DNA of 63,896 nt, filler included, from Rhabdomonas costata (Eukaryota): the NCBI GenBank assembly GCA_019059605.1. It is 40 parts of 40 records of this genome, joined end to end, with 100 filler letters (N's around TTAATTAATTAA, not from the genome) between each part and the next. Parts side by side here need not be neighbours in the genome. Positions count along the whole stretch, not along the records: positions 11,208 to 12,708 come from JAHMHO010014378.1; positions 12,809 to 14,309 come from JAHMHO010014379.1; positions 14,410 to 15,910 come from JAHMHO010014380.1; positions 16,011 to 17,511 come from JAHMHO010014381.1; positions 17,612 to 19,112 come from JAHMHO010014382.1; positions 19,213 to 20,712 come from JAHMHO010014383.1; positions 20,813 to 22,313 come from JAHMHO010014384.1; positions 22,414 to 23,914 come from JAHMHO010014385.1; 32 more parts are not named here. One strand, 5' to 3'. Positions 11,542-23,721 of the stretch are shown here, in pieces. How positions within the stretch are numbered: position 1 is the first letter of the stretch; each line of letters begins with the position of its first letter. The notes under the pieces were generated by a model that did not search any database, was not told the DNA's origin, and saw nothing but the letters and a program-made list of their open reading frames with translations. A program made the position numbers and the translations under genes.

Positions 11542-13776
11542 TTTTGAATGGTAAACTCAGCCAAACAGGGTGAAGGCAGGGGGATAACAATACGCCAAAA
11601 TTTGGGCCAATAAGTAGGAAAACACCTGTCAATAGCAGCACATGCTGAGAGTCCAAGCCATCCTCGTCCCCCAGATGAGGCATCTGTGAATCTGATTCTG
11701 TGGTATAGTGGTAGAGTGTTGGATTGCGTTGGTATTGAGGTTGAGGTTAGGGTTTGAGCATGGACAGTTTAAATTATGCCGATTCAGGGTGTTGTGGGCC
11801 GCGGCGGAGCGCAAGTGTTACGGGGTTGAGGCAAAAAGATTCCTCTCGGGGAGGGCGATGCGCATGATTGGTCGTGCAGGAGGTTCGAAGGCAATGCACG
11901 TCCCATCCATCGGGCAATGCACGTCCCTCCAGGCAACTTTCACACGTGGCCGAATTGAGGGAAGAGCAAGTTTCGAGTGGGGTTAGTTCGTGTCCGTTTC
12001 CTCTGGGTCGATAAACAGATAAAACCAACTGGAAACCAAGTGGAAGTTAGTTTCGGGGTTGGAGTTATTAATCAATCAGAATGCTTTGTCTGTGTGATGT
12101 TGCAATGCATCTTGAAGTGTTCCAAAGGTTCCCCAAGGACATTCGCAGGACATCGAAGGAAAGAGAGAACAACACGACGAAGTACAAGCAACGCAGAACA
12201 ACTCTGCAACGACGCAGAAGAATGAAAAAAAAACAAAGGGGAAACTATGAACATCACCAGTTTGATCGACGCCTCCCACTGATAACGCTGCGTGAGAAGA
12301 GCCACACGGGGGGAAGGGGCACGGCACTGCAGGGCCGCAGCAATGCAAAGACACATAGCAAGCAGATGTGTGTGGGTCTCTGTACGTGCGAGTGTGGAGT
12401 GGGAAGGCGGGGGACCCACTTCACAGGTGGAATATGAAATAGAGACCGCACAGATAGAGACAGAGGTGGGAGGAAGGCCCTCCCAAAGCAGCGCATGAGG
12501 GCTCTTCTTTTTGGGGATCGCCCATGTCCCCAAATCAGGGGACACCCGAGTGTCCCCTGGAATGCAGAGGAGAAATCCTCTATGGTGGCTTGGTTGCAGC
12601 TGACATCATCCAGAAAGACCCTTGCAAGGCCCAGCACTGCGCAGAAGCAACCCCGAGGCCGTGGAGGGGCGATCAGGGCATCACCAGCCCCCACATCACC
12701 ACACACCCNNNNNNNNNNNNNNNNNNNNNNNNNNNNNNNNNNNNNNNNNNNNTTAATTAATTAANNNNNNNNNNNNNNNNNNNNNNNNNNNNNNNNNNNN
12801 NNNNNNNNGGTTTTTGGGGGCTTAACGGCATTACCATGTGCAACGGTTGGTTCGGTGCGTCATTTTAGCAAACTGGCATATAGGGCAACTCCCTACGCGG
12901 AAGTTGGCCCGACGCAGGGGCTTGGCAGGCCCACGCGGCCCGCAGAAAGACTATAAGGTTCCCCAAAAAGTGGTTCTAGCGGCCCTTTCCGAGGTTCAGG
13001 AGCCGTATCCAAGTACAGCGCCGCCTTTCCAGCTTGGGCGTGGACTTTGGAGCGTTTCGACTTCGAACGTCAGTACCTTATAGGAGGGCTTGCTCTCTCT
13101 TTTTTTCTTTGTTAATAGGTTTGGTTTAGCGCTTGAATTTTAGTTGCGCCTGGAATAAGCCGTGCCAACCTACAAGAACGCTTTAGCAAAACGCGACGCC
13201 CCTTTCTTTCAGAATAGCATTTGGCATCCACTGACCGATTGTGTGAGCCAAGCTGACCCAACGCGCCGATCCGTGCTTCAGTTTAGATGTACAATACAGC
13301 CTCCTGCTGAATCACCACGGGTGACAGTCCGCTTCCCCTTCCGAACTCTTCACATTGGGCAGAACAGTGTGCACGCCGAGAAAGACTAAGAAGTTCGCCG
13401 AGCAAGGTTCCTGTCGAAGGTCGGGCCACTCTACCGCTCCGAGTACGGGATGGGGTGGAGCAAACTAACAGCGCCCACCCTGAACACGGGGCTTTATTAT
13501 ACAGCGTACACCGCGGAAAGGAAGAAGCACGGCACACAAACTGCTCTCATGTGGGGCATCCCTTTTTGTGCGGCGGGGACTGGACACGAAAAGGGGCAAC
13601 AGAGCAGGTGAAGGGAGAAGGCGCAGGAGGGCCTTCCCCAGCCTGAGAATATATAGCCGCAGCGCTCCACCTCCTCCATTGCGCAGCTTTCTGGCGTTCC
13701 CAGCAACCAAAAAAGCCCCCCACCTCTGCCTATCCTTCCACTAAACTTTGCTCGGCACGCCACAAAGAGAGAGGGT

Positions 13777-14028
13777 TTATTCGGTGACCACGACCGAAAT
13801 GTTCTTGGCGTTCTTCATGACATAGGCACTGACAGACCCGTAGATCGCCTTCTTCATCGGACTCAGCCCCCGGGTACCCATCATGATCTTCTCCACGCCA
13901 TGGCTGGTGGCGTAGTCCACGATGGCTGCACGACAGTCCAGGCTGCCCTGGGCTACCCCAGAGATCTTGCCCTGGCCCTGGAGCTCCTTCCACTTCTTCT
14001 TGCTGGCCTCCAGAATGTCAAAGCTATC
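13777..14028 (-). CDS. Universal stress protein (USP domain), last exon
   Basis: DCRAAIVDYA...KIMMGTRGLSPMKKAIYGSVSAYVMKNA...VVV stop: USP G-x-R-G-x9-GSVS motif. Confidence 0.92.
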   Translation of the reverse strand, partial: DSFDILEASKKKWKELQGQGKISGVAQGSLDCRAAIVDYATSHGVEKIMMGTRGLSPMKKAIYGSVSAYVMKNAKNISVVVTE

Positions 14029-14994
14029 CTGCACACATTGCGCAGCAAATGAGCAGATGCTTTGACTCCGGAGGTGGGAGGGCCGACAGTTTCACAGTTT
14101 CGGAGACATTGCCCTAGCCGGTGTACACCTGACATATGCTTCCGCTGTCGCGAGCCCCTAGGCCGCCAAAGCCTAGCAGCAGGCTGATTCTCAGTCTTCA
14201 GCATTTTTCTGGTGTGCTAGCCTTCACTTAATCTTATAGACGAATTCTCCAGGGATGCACTGATGTAACCTAATCCAATAAGCAGAAGGAACACCGGCAA
14301 CCCACCCCCNNNNNNNNNNNNNNNNNNNNNNNNNNNNNNNNNNNNNNNNNNNNTTAATTAATTAANNNNNNNNNNNNNNNNNNNNNNNNNNNNNNNNNNN
14401 NNNNNNNNNGGGTTGTTTGTCTGTTCTTTTCATAAATTCCGCCGTAGCCGTGTGTGTCGGGATGTGTAGCGGAGGGTTTCTGAACAAAGGAACCCTGCCT
14501 TCTGGGCAAAGGTTGTGGCCTTTGACGAACGTGTCTTAATATTCAGCCGCCCTCTCTGTGCGGATAATTCCGTCCTTGGTGAAGTTGAGAAAGGTGACAG
14601 GGTGCTCAGCAGCTCAGCTGACGGCGTGTGTCTAGATGGTTCACTGCGCAGACATCACCACAAACTTTCGATTGCAGTTGTGAGGGCAGGGTCGGTTGGC
14701 TTTCTGGAGTTTCCTTGCGGAAACCTCGGCTTTTTTCCACCAGACATGGAACTCGGGACGGGATTGGCAGACAGGCCCCCTTCATATCTCAAAGAGTGAC
14801 TGGGGGAAGCAACACTGTCAACAGCAGGAACAAAATTCTGGTTTGAAAGAGAAAGGAAAAACATCAGTACGGGTGGTTTCAACCCTCGCGTGTTTTCGGG
14901 GGGTCTTCTTTATAAGGTGTCCTCTTAGAATCTTAGTGCGTTAGTGCCGGTGGTTGTTTGTCAGCGTTTGCAGTGGGCATCGTTTTTGTCGCAG

Positions 14995-15903
14995 GCTGCG
15001 GAGGTTCCTGCGGGACTTGCACCTCGGGGACCTGCAACACCGCCACCGGACAGTGCGTCTGCGTTCCCTCGTGCACCGGAAAGCAGTGCGGCAATGATGG
15101 TGTGGCGTGCCCCCCATTCTTCCCTGCTTGCACCACACCGCTGAGTGAAGCTGCGGGGTGCCCGGAGGGGGAGGGGCGAACACACCACAGACAATGACGA
15201 CGGGGAAAGTTTGGACGTTTGGAACGTTTGATAAGGTATGTTTGGGCTGAAAGGGTTGCACGGAATGACCGACGCAACAGGCTGCAAAGACGAATGGGTC
15301 GAAATCCTGCTCTCAAAAGAGTGGGTTCGTGTGACACGTGCTTCGGCTCAGCCCCGTTAAAACAGGGTGCACCAATAAGCCACAACCGCCAAGGCTTGTT
15401 ACGTAGCAAATCATATCTCGGCGAACACTTTTATTGACGAACTGATGTCTCTCTCATTTGGAGTGTCCTTTTGTCCCAAAAAACATTTTAGGACTTAGCA
15501 GAGGTTTTTCGGGGGGGAGGGGTAATCTACACTGTGTTGCAGAATGGCGGTGACATCCTTTGTTCCTTGTATACCACCGATTTCATTGTCAACCGAGCTC
15601 GTTGGTATTCCAAAGCACCTGAGCTGCATATTTGAGTCTCTTTCAAAGCCAAGTTTGACGTCTTGATCTGAATTTGGGTTTTGGGTGTTTTTCAACCGAG
15701 AAACTGGAGTTTGCTGTACGTTAGATCAGTCACAATCCTACTTTTGAGTTCGGCAAATAAAAGTGTCCACCGCGATATTTGCGTGCGTACTATGGTCAGA
15801 TTCAAGGCCTCCTCCGCTCCCCCCCCCCTGCATTTCTATTTTTCCGTTTCTCAAGGTTGCGGAGGCTCCTGCGGGACTTGCACCTCGGGGACCTGCAACA
15901 CCA
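14995..15903 (+). CDS. Cys-rich tandem-repeat protein; exons 14995-15099 and 15856-~15903 (truncated)
   Basis: 105-nt phase-1 exon GCGGSCGTCTSGTCNTATGQCVCVPSCTGKQCGND; next exon starts with a near-identical copy. Confidence 0.85.
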
Positions 15904-18063
15904 CCCACAANNNNNNNNNNNNNNNNNNNNNNNNNNNNNNNNNNNNNNNNNNNNTTAATTAATTAANNNNNNNNNNNNNNNNNNNNNNNNNNNNNNNNNN
16001 NNNNNNNNNNTTTTTGGCACCCCTCCCCTCACCCCCTTCTTCCTCACACACCATCAGTAGAGCTGGTTGGATCCGTTCGAGCCAACGGTCAGCAAAGGAC
16101 ACTTCAATGAGAGGAGGAAGGGGGTGAGGGGAGGGGTGTCAAAAGCTCCAAACCAACGACGTGAGGGACAGGGCAATGGAATCTCATTTAAGAGGAGGAT
16201 AGCGGCAATGACATTGCGAAAACGCAACCGAGGGTTGGCGGTTGCTCGGAGGAGCCACAGAACAGACGCAACGGCGTCATTGATCTTTCCTCTCTGGCCG
16301 GGCTGTAATCGGGAAACGTCAGCCTCAGCGCATTGAGGTTGCCTGAGAAGGGGAAGGGGGCCTCGGATTGCTCACCATTGCTCAATGTCGCGGGTGGCCG
16401 CCAGTGTGGTCCCGAGGGCCAATGTCTTTGACCACATCTCAAATCCCACATCCCACTTCCAGAACCAAGAGTATACCAGAGAGAGAAAGCGGGTGAGTGA
16501 ACTGGAACTGGTTAAGCATTTCTGCTGCAGAAAGGGCGCTGACACATCACATGTGGAACTTGCAAATCTCTGCAACATGGCACGCGTACGCTAACGCGAT
16601 ACAAAGGAAATCATGACATCGTGGGGGGTGGGGGCGACTATGGAGTCTCCGAGTGGAGCAGAATGGCGCCTCTTGATCTTCAAGAGGTGTCATTCAGACG
16701 GTAGCACAGAAGCATCTGGCGTGCTTCCGCTTCCACATGGAAAGGAAGAGAGAGAGAGAGAGAGGCAGAAAAGAGGTCATTTCCCACCTGCACTGAAAAA
16801 GGATACCGGATAACCCGTGAGGCGAATGAGAGAAGGGAGGGAGATGGTGCGTGAGCGCTTTGGCAGTGGTGGGACAGTTCGGAACAGAGTTTGAGTAGCA
16901 CTGCGATTGAGAGATCCACACGAAAAGAAAAAAGCACACGTCACTTCAGGCGGACGATAAAAGGGGCGAGGAAGTATCTGCTGCCTCAGGCACAGAGGCA
17001 ACAGAAACATCTGGTGCAATGCCCCTCGAGCCACACAAAAACCCTCCACCATTTTGACACCAAAGCTAGTTGATTGGGGCGATGTAAACCTACTTCTAAA
17101 ATAACCCCCCTGGGAATTCAGGGATTCGAGGTCACTACATTGTCCCCAACCCTTCCCGGATTATGTCCAGAAATGTTTTGCATGCTTTCTTGTCGCTGCT
17201 ACTATTTTTCACCTGCTTGCATGACAACCATTAAAACCACCGCCCCATTCAACTTGCCTTGCCCCGCATTTTCGTGTCCTGGATAAAAAGTCCTCCATGG
17301 AAGGTGTTTCGCACGATTCAAGACCCCCGAGGGTAGAAGACGATCAAAGAAAACCTCGGGACAACACCCTTCTAGAAAAAAGAAGGTTTCACAGCTCCGA
17401 GCTCACGCTGCGCAGCGACTGAGGCAGCGACTGCGAGTACGATGAACACTACGTCAAAACAATGCAAATGTGGCAGGTTTGCGAACAAAGGAGAACTCTC
17501 GCACAACAACCNNNNNNNNNNNNNNNNNNNNNNNNNNNNNNNNNNNNNNNNNNNNTTAATTAATTAANNNNNNNNNNNNNNNNNNNNNNNNNNNNNNNNN
17601 NNNNNNNNNNNTGTGGGGTGTGTTTGGGGGGTTGGGGTTAAGATGGTTTGTGTGTCTTTTTTATGCCCTTTTTGATAGCAACGTTTACTCTTTTTGACTT
17701 GGAAAATTTGTGCTCTGGTGAAGAAAAACTTGTTTGTGTTCTGCGACCTGTGCCGGTTTAGTGGAGATAAGCTGCTTAAATTAACTCAAAATGCGCAATA
17801 ATGAAATTATTGCTGTCCCGCTCTCCATTAACGCCCAAAGCTAGTCCTAAAATCAGCGGCATTTTGGAGGCTGCCATCCTAACCAAAATCCCTTGAACCT
17901 AAAACGTTCATCCAAGTGGTAAAAGGTTTTGGTCAGGTTTTGGCCCCCGCAAATGGAGACCGCAACTACTCTCCCTCCCTCCCATCTCAAAAGTCTCCTA
18001 GACCACAGGGTATGGCATCCTGCCATTGCTCACCCCTCCACCCCTCTTGGGCCCCAGGCAGAC

Positions 18064-18941
18064 CTCGCTCCATTCTCCAGGCAAGGGATAGCGGTGCGCC
18101 TCCGGGGAGTCGAACAGGGCCCGAAACTGCGCCACCTCCGTGGCGACGGTGGTGTCCAGGCCGGCAAAAGCGGGCAGCGCCCTGCTAAGGTACTGCAGAT
18201 CCGACCACGCCTAAGTGTTGTTTTGTTTCCAAAAATGGAGCAGAGGTGGGAACGTGAGAGCGCTGTGCAAAGAGTTCTCTGCTCTAAGCCGGAAATTCAT
18301 GGCCCACGTTCCCTTTCCACATTAGAATTCCTCGCGCTCCAGTGCAGAGCCACCTACGAAAACATTCTTTTTCTTTACTTTTGGGGAAACTTTTCGGAGA
18401 ATTTCGCCACACTACATCGGCACATCTCGTCCGGGTGCAAGCATTTGCAAAGGCAATGAAGCATTTGAGTGCGCGAATAATCCCCGTGATCTCAAGACCT
18501 GCTTAAAATCAGGTCTGAATGTTGTCGCTGACATCATTTTTGTCGCTTCTATTCTTTGGGGTTGGGGTTCATGATTTGCCTCTTGGGGTAGTGGTGGTGG
18601 AGATAAAAACCGTGTTTCCAAAAGCGTGCTAATACCTTCAGGTCATCGCTCCAACCAATTACCGTACACAATAGGAGACCACCAGCCAAGCCGGCTGCCT
18701 ATACAGCAGTAGAGCAACACATACAACCAATGAGGCTGCGCCCTCTGTGGGTGTCAGTTGAGTTGTCCGTCGCTTTGCCGAGGTGGGCATTTACTACATG
18801 TATGTCTGTGTGGGTGTGGTGAGGGTGAAAAGAGAGCAGCGACCTCGTCCACAAGCCAGTCCTTTGCGGGGTTGGGCTTGTCCTGGATTACAGCCGCGGA
18901 GCCCTGCAGTAGGAATCGCCACGCGTCCTCCTCCAGCTGAC
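18064..18941 (-). CDS. Axonemal dynein heavy chain fragment (region before AAA6); exons 18941-18844, 18210-18064
   Basis: WRFLLQG...KPNPAKDWLVDE|AWSDLQYLS..LPAFAGL...FRALFDSPEAHRYPLPGEW. Confidence 0.85.
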
Positions 18942-19713
18942 CTGCAAGCCAGAAATAAAACGACTGAAAAACGAGACGATAAAAATGCATCGGCATTTTT
19001 ACATAAACATGAACCTGATCAAGTCACGCAACATTCATTTTCCATTAGATAAATCCAAAGACAAGCCAAAAGGCAACACAGGCCAAAATTTCAGGCCCCT
19101 TCCCCAACCCACNNNNNNNNNNNNNNNNNNNNNNNNNNNNNNNNNNNNNNNNNNNNTTAATTAATTAANNNNNNNNNNNNNNNNNNNNNNNNNNNNNNNN
19201 NNNNNNNNNNNNTGTTGGTGTTTCAAGCTCTTTGCCCTTTCCATCACATCTCTGTGGAAGGCAGCTCTCCAAGAATAAGAGCTATATAACCCGTCCTTTT
19301 GTTGGACTAATTCACCCGCTCCCGCCTGCGGGGGGGGGGTCCAACAAAAATGTGGGGTGTTTCGACCGCTTTGCCTTCTAGTATGACAGAAATCAATGAG
19401 AACGTGTTGTCCGAAAAAGGGGGAAAGGGGGGAAAGTTGATTTCTTTTCTTTTTGTAACCCACACTCCACGTATAGACCCCTTACCGCTTTTCCTCTTGT
19501 CAGAATTCAGCGTCCGGCTTGAGGAGGTGTGGGGTATGCTGAAAGCGCAGTGCTTTGATGTTGGCGCAGGTGTGACAGAAAGTAGGGGTGGATTCCTCCG
19601 AAGCCAGGTCCCGGACGGAATCCCCTGGACCTGTTCATATTAAAGTTGGTGAGGTGGGAGGGTGTTCAGGCTTCTCCACCGTTCGGTGCTGCCTCTTTCT
19701 CCCATTCCCACAG

Positions 19714-19953
19714 CCACAGCCCGCATACATGCCTCTAACCCCCACCTCGACCTCCCTCTCCCCTCCCAATGGTGTGCTGTTCGTGGACGTCGACACCTCG
19801 GTGTGCGCGATGCACGCCTCCCGGACGCACTCCTCCTCATCGTCGTCAATCACCACCATCACCACACACTGCTCCTCGGCACCCTCCCCGAAGCTCTTCC
19901 TCCGCTCCTTGTCCATGCGGAGATCGCCCAACCAGGCCACCATTGCCTTCGAG
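19714..19953 (+). CDS. Ser/Thr/Pro-rich internal exon, unknown protein
   Basis: Polypyrimidine+cag acceptor, gag|gtg donor, 240 nt open, GC3-rich. Confidence 0.45.
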
Positions 19954-20491
19954 GTGTTTTTTGTTTTTTTTTGTTTTTCTTCCTCCCTAATTCCCGCGGC
20001 GCCGGTTTCGCAACCCGGCGTTGTTGCCTTAACCGGTAGCCCCGTCTTCGCAATCACCCAATGCCCAGCTCTGACCTTTGGTTTGATTATTGGATCCAGA
20101 CCCTGCTATGTAAGTGGGTAGCCTCCTCAGACCTCCTCGACCCAAGCAGAAAATTCCCTCATCATCTCGTTGCAGTCGGTGATAAAAGTTGGAGGACCTG
20201 AATGGGCCAATGTTCCGCAATGTCCTAGCTATTTTCAGATGACCTGTAATTGCCTGTTTTTCCCAGGCCTCCTTCACAATTGCATTTTTTGGTGGGCGAA
20301 TCCTCTTTCAAAATGATACAACCACAGTTATTTTGTAACTATTAATTCCGTTGCTACACCTGACCGGTCGTACCCTTTGTACGAATTTTTTAATGGCACG
20401 GATGTCTTTTTCTATTTCTACATATGAGACTCCAATACAATTATCTGAAATATGGTTCACTGTTCCACCGCATCGCGTTTAAAGGCCAGAA

Positions 20492-20706
20492 GGTGAGTCA
20501 GGTTCGAGCAGTCAGCTGTGCGTGGTGTCCAAGGCACTTCGTGTTGTATCTCTTATTCGGTCCTGTGCGGGATGGGGAATCAGGTATGGGAGAACCAGAG
20601 GTTCTATCCCGTGAAGGGGTGGTCTTCCTCCCTTCTACCGACGGAGAGATACAACACGAAGTGCCTTGGACACCACGCACAGCTGACTGCTCGAACCTGA
20701 CTCACC
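20492..20706. repeat. 61-bp perfect inverted repeat at contig end (probable amplification fold-back)
   Basis: 20492-20552 is the reverse complement of 20646-20706, followed by a C/A tail and the spacer. Confidence 0.85.
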
Positions 20707-21230
20707 CAAACCNNNNNNNNNNNNNNNNNNNNNNNNNNNNNNNNNNNNNNNNNNNNTTAATTAATTAANNNNNNNNNNNNNNNNNNNNNNNNNNNNNNNN
20801 NNNNNNNNNNNNGGGTGGTTGGTGGACAAATCCTTGCCTGAAGGGTGCTAAAGAAGAGAAGAAGGCAAACTTCCCACCACACCGTGCACCGTGTAATTGT
20901 CAGCTCTCAAACAAAACGAAAAAGTGGCGGCAGCAACCGGCATTTGCATGGAACTTCCCACGAGCAGCCAAATGTAGGCGAACAGCTGACTCAATGGCCT
21001 CTGTGGAACAGAAAAAGGGTTCGAAATAAAACTTAGAAAAAAGAAAAAAGAATACAGTGAAGCGTTGTGGTACCTGGAGACAGCCCTGTTTTCAGGCAAT
21101 GAATCCTCCAAAGGTAATAGTCGTTATGAGGGAAACCAGGTCCTAATGGAAGGATTGAGGGTCAGGGGTGAAAAACTTGCGTCCTGCAGCGCCTTCCACA
21201 GAAAAAGCCGAAGGCCACAAAAATGCTCAC

Positions 21231-21571
21231 CCCAAAGAAAGGCAAAACGAGGGTTGTTCGCCTGGTTCTGCTTTGTGACTTCCTCGAACTCTGGGCCATT
21301 GCGAAGAAAATACTCCGCTGCAAGTTCAATCACCCGCTTCTGCTCCTCGTCTGTAAGAAAAACAACCACGTACAAAACGACACTGCAGAGGCGAGTACCC
21401 GGGACAGAAACTTTTGCACTTAGTTCCGCCACCGTGCCACCACAGAAAAAGGCAAGGGAGAAAACAAGAAGGGCTTGCACAGCGACTTTTTGCAGCAAGA
21501 AAAAAAGCAAGCATACCCTCGGGAGGAGGTGTGGGCACAGGCGCCGGTGCGCCCTGCCCACGGGGAACCCC
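21231..21571 (-). CDS. SURP/SWAP-domain splicing factor (CHERP-like); exons 21571-21517, 21350-21231
   Basis: PTPPPE|DEEQKRVIELAAEYFLRNGPEFEEVTKQNQANNPRFAFLW is a SURP consensus. Confidence 0.85.
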
Positions 21572-23186
21572 CTGAGAGATGCAGCAGGCGAGAACGGAAG
21601 TCGTACGTCGACGTAGCAGCAATAAACCATTTCCCCAAAACAACCCTAGACAGAGCTGGATGAAACACTTCAACCTTGCCTCCTTTGGGAAGGAAACCGA
21701 ACTTATGACTTCAACCCCAACCTCTTCCCCTCAAATAAGGTCCATGAGCCTTCATCCAACATTCGAAAAAGCATCGACTGGTCCAGAGGTCGCACGAGAG
21801 CGTTGAAAATTGTTTGGATGCGTTAAAGTCCATCCACCACGGGGCGCTGAACGCTTAAACTTAAGTTGTTTGGATTGGCCATATATATTGTTTGGAAATC
21901 CATTCCACCTAAGTTTCCCGCCAAGGTACCATTAATTCATTTTCAGGTGCCATTCATGTTTCATGCAAAACGTTTGCAAAACGTTCTTGACTGGCTGACC
22001 ACAATGACATTCCCACTGACATTCCCCGTGGCCTGGCAGACAAAGACACTGGCACGCTGACAAAGATTCGAAGAGACAATGGATAACTTTTTCGTCAGAC
22101 ACAATAAGCGCCAATAACATTTTCCTAAAAACCAAACCGAGAACAAGGGCAACGCCCACCATCGAGCCAAAATACCTTTGAGGCGTAGCTTCAGAACAGG
22201 CTTTATACGAATCTCGCGGCAATGCCAGTTGATCTGAAAGAAAAACGCAAGCCCCAGCCTGGGTTCAGCTTTCCTGTTGTTCCCTAATACGTTACCGTAA
22301 GGTTGTCATTTTCNNNNNNNNNNNNNNNNNNNNNNNNNNNNNNNNNNNNNNNNNNNNTTAATTAATTAANNNNNNNNNNNNNNNNNNNNNNNNNNNNNNN
22401 NNNNNNNNNNNNNGGGGGTTTTGGGATAGAGCTATGTTTCGCCAGTCGCGGGGGGGCAACTTTTTGAACAGTGCTGGAGACTGGTTTCGCTCTTTTCCTT
22501 GTCGTTCTTTGTACTCTGCCTCGGCTGTGAAGGGAAGCTGTGCGCCGTTGCAGAGGTCAGGATGGTTTTTCAGCTAGTCTCCGGCAATCATTTTCTTATA
22601 TCGGTCTACCGTAGCCTGTGTTCATTTCGGTTGTTTTTGATTTGATGATCGTGTTTCCCACAGATTTGTTTTTTCGGTGCTACTGCTACTGCTACTGCAT
22701 TTTTTCACTACCTTTTTCCTGTCGAAGCGTCAGCTAAATTGACCCTTCCTGCGTCTTCCCCCGAATTTCCTTTATTCTGTGCTCCTTCCTGCACCAGAGC
22801 TCACTCACCTTGTCACCAGCGTAACAACAGTGCGCCGCTGTTTTGTGCGTTGGACGATTGTCTCGGTTTCCGCGCAACTGCTTTGATCGCAACAGAGCCG
22901 TCCAAATCTACCGTCTTCAGACGAGCATCGACCCATTCTCACCCAGTTGTCGCCACTGTAACGCTCCATTTTCCCTTGCTCCTTGCTTCATGACTCCTTT
23001 TAGCTGCTGTTCCTTCTCATGCCGCTTCTTTTCTTACAGGCTTCTTTCCTGTACACCCCCCTCCTGCACGAGTTGCGAGTGTAGCCGTCAAAGAATCATA
23101 TCATAGAGGTGGAACCTTGATGTCTCTTCAAAGGCAACTGCTCTGACTCCGCTGTGGTGGAGCGAGAGGACGGAGGACGGTCGCAA

Positions 23187-23721
23187 ATGTCCTTCCGGGC
23201 GCCTGTGGGACGGCTGGAACTGATGACGTGGGTGAATGACTCCTTCGACACGGACTACCAAAGGGTGGAGCAGCTGGCCGATGGCGTGGTGTACTGCCAA
23301 GCCCTGGACGCCGCTGCCCCAGGGAAGGTCGCACTTGCAGTACAGTTCTTTTTACAATTTTGGAGGGAACCTTTGTTCAATCTGACCTCGCGTGCAAGGC
23401 ACGGGACGTCGCACTCTTCAAGTCCTGTGCTTGTGCCTCGCACTTCTCAAGTCTTGTGCTTCTGCCCTCGTTGGTTCTCTCTTGAAACCACTCACCATGA
23501 TTCAAATTGGGTGCATTTTGGCGGAGCATCCGCCACCCCATCCAACTGTCATTCCAAGGGAACTGTTTCCGCCTGGTCCAATCTCACGCAGGTCTCGCTG
23601 ACGAAGCTCAATTTCAACGCCCAGTTCGAGCAGGAGTTCGAGCGCAACCTGAAGGTACTGCTAGAGGCCCTGAAAAGGGTGAACACCGATCGCGCGGTTC
23701 CTGTTGAGAAACTGAAGAAAG
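23187..23721 (+). CDS. EB1/MAPRE-type calponin-homology domain protein, 5' exons 23187-23327, 23592-23721
   Basis: GRLELMTWVND...VEQLADGVVYCQALD...PGK|VSLTKLNFNA...NLKVL...VPVEKLKKG. Confidence 0.88.

Noticed and set aside
12882..12909. Small GC hairpin as ncRNA or terminator
   Set aside because: Isolated imperfect stem in probable downstream non-coding DNA; no tRNA/snRNA features
8140..14028. Apparent cluster of kinase, homoaconitase and USP genes as an operon or system
   Set aside because: Each lies on a separate contig; adjacency appears to reflect size sorting only
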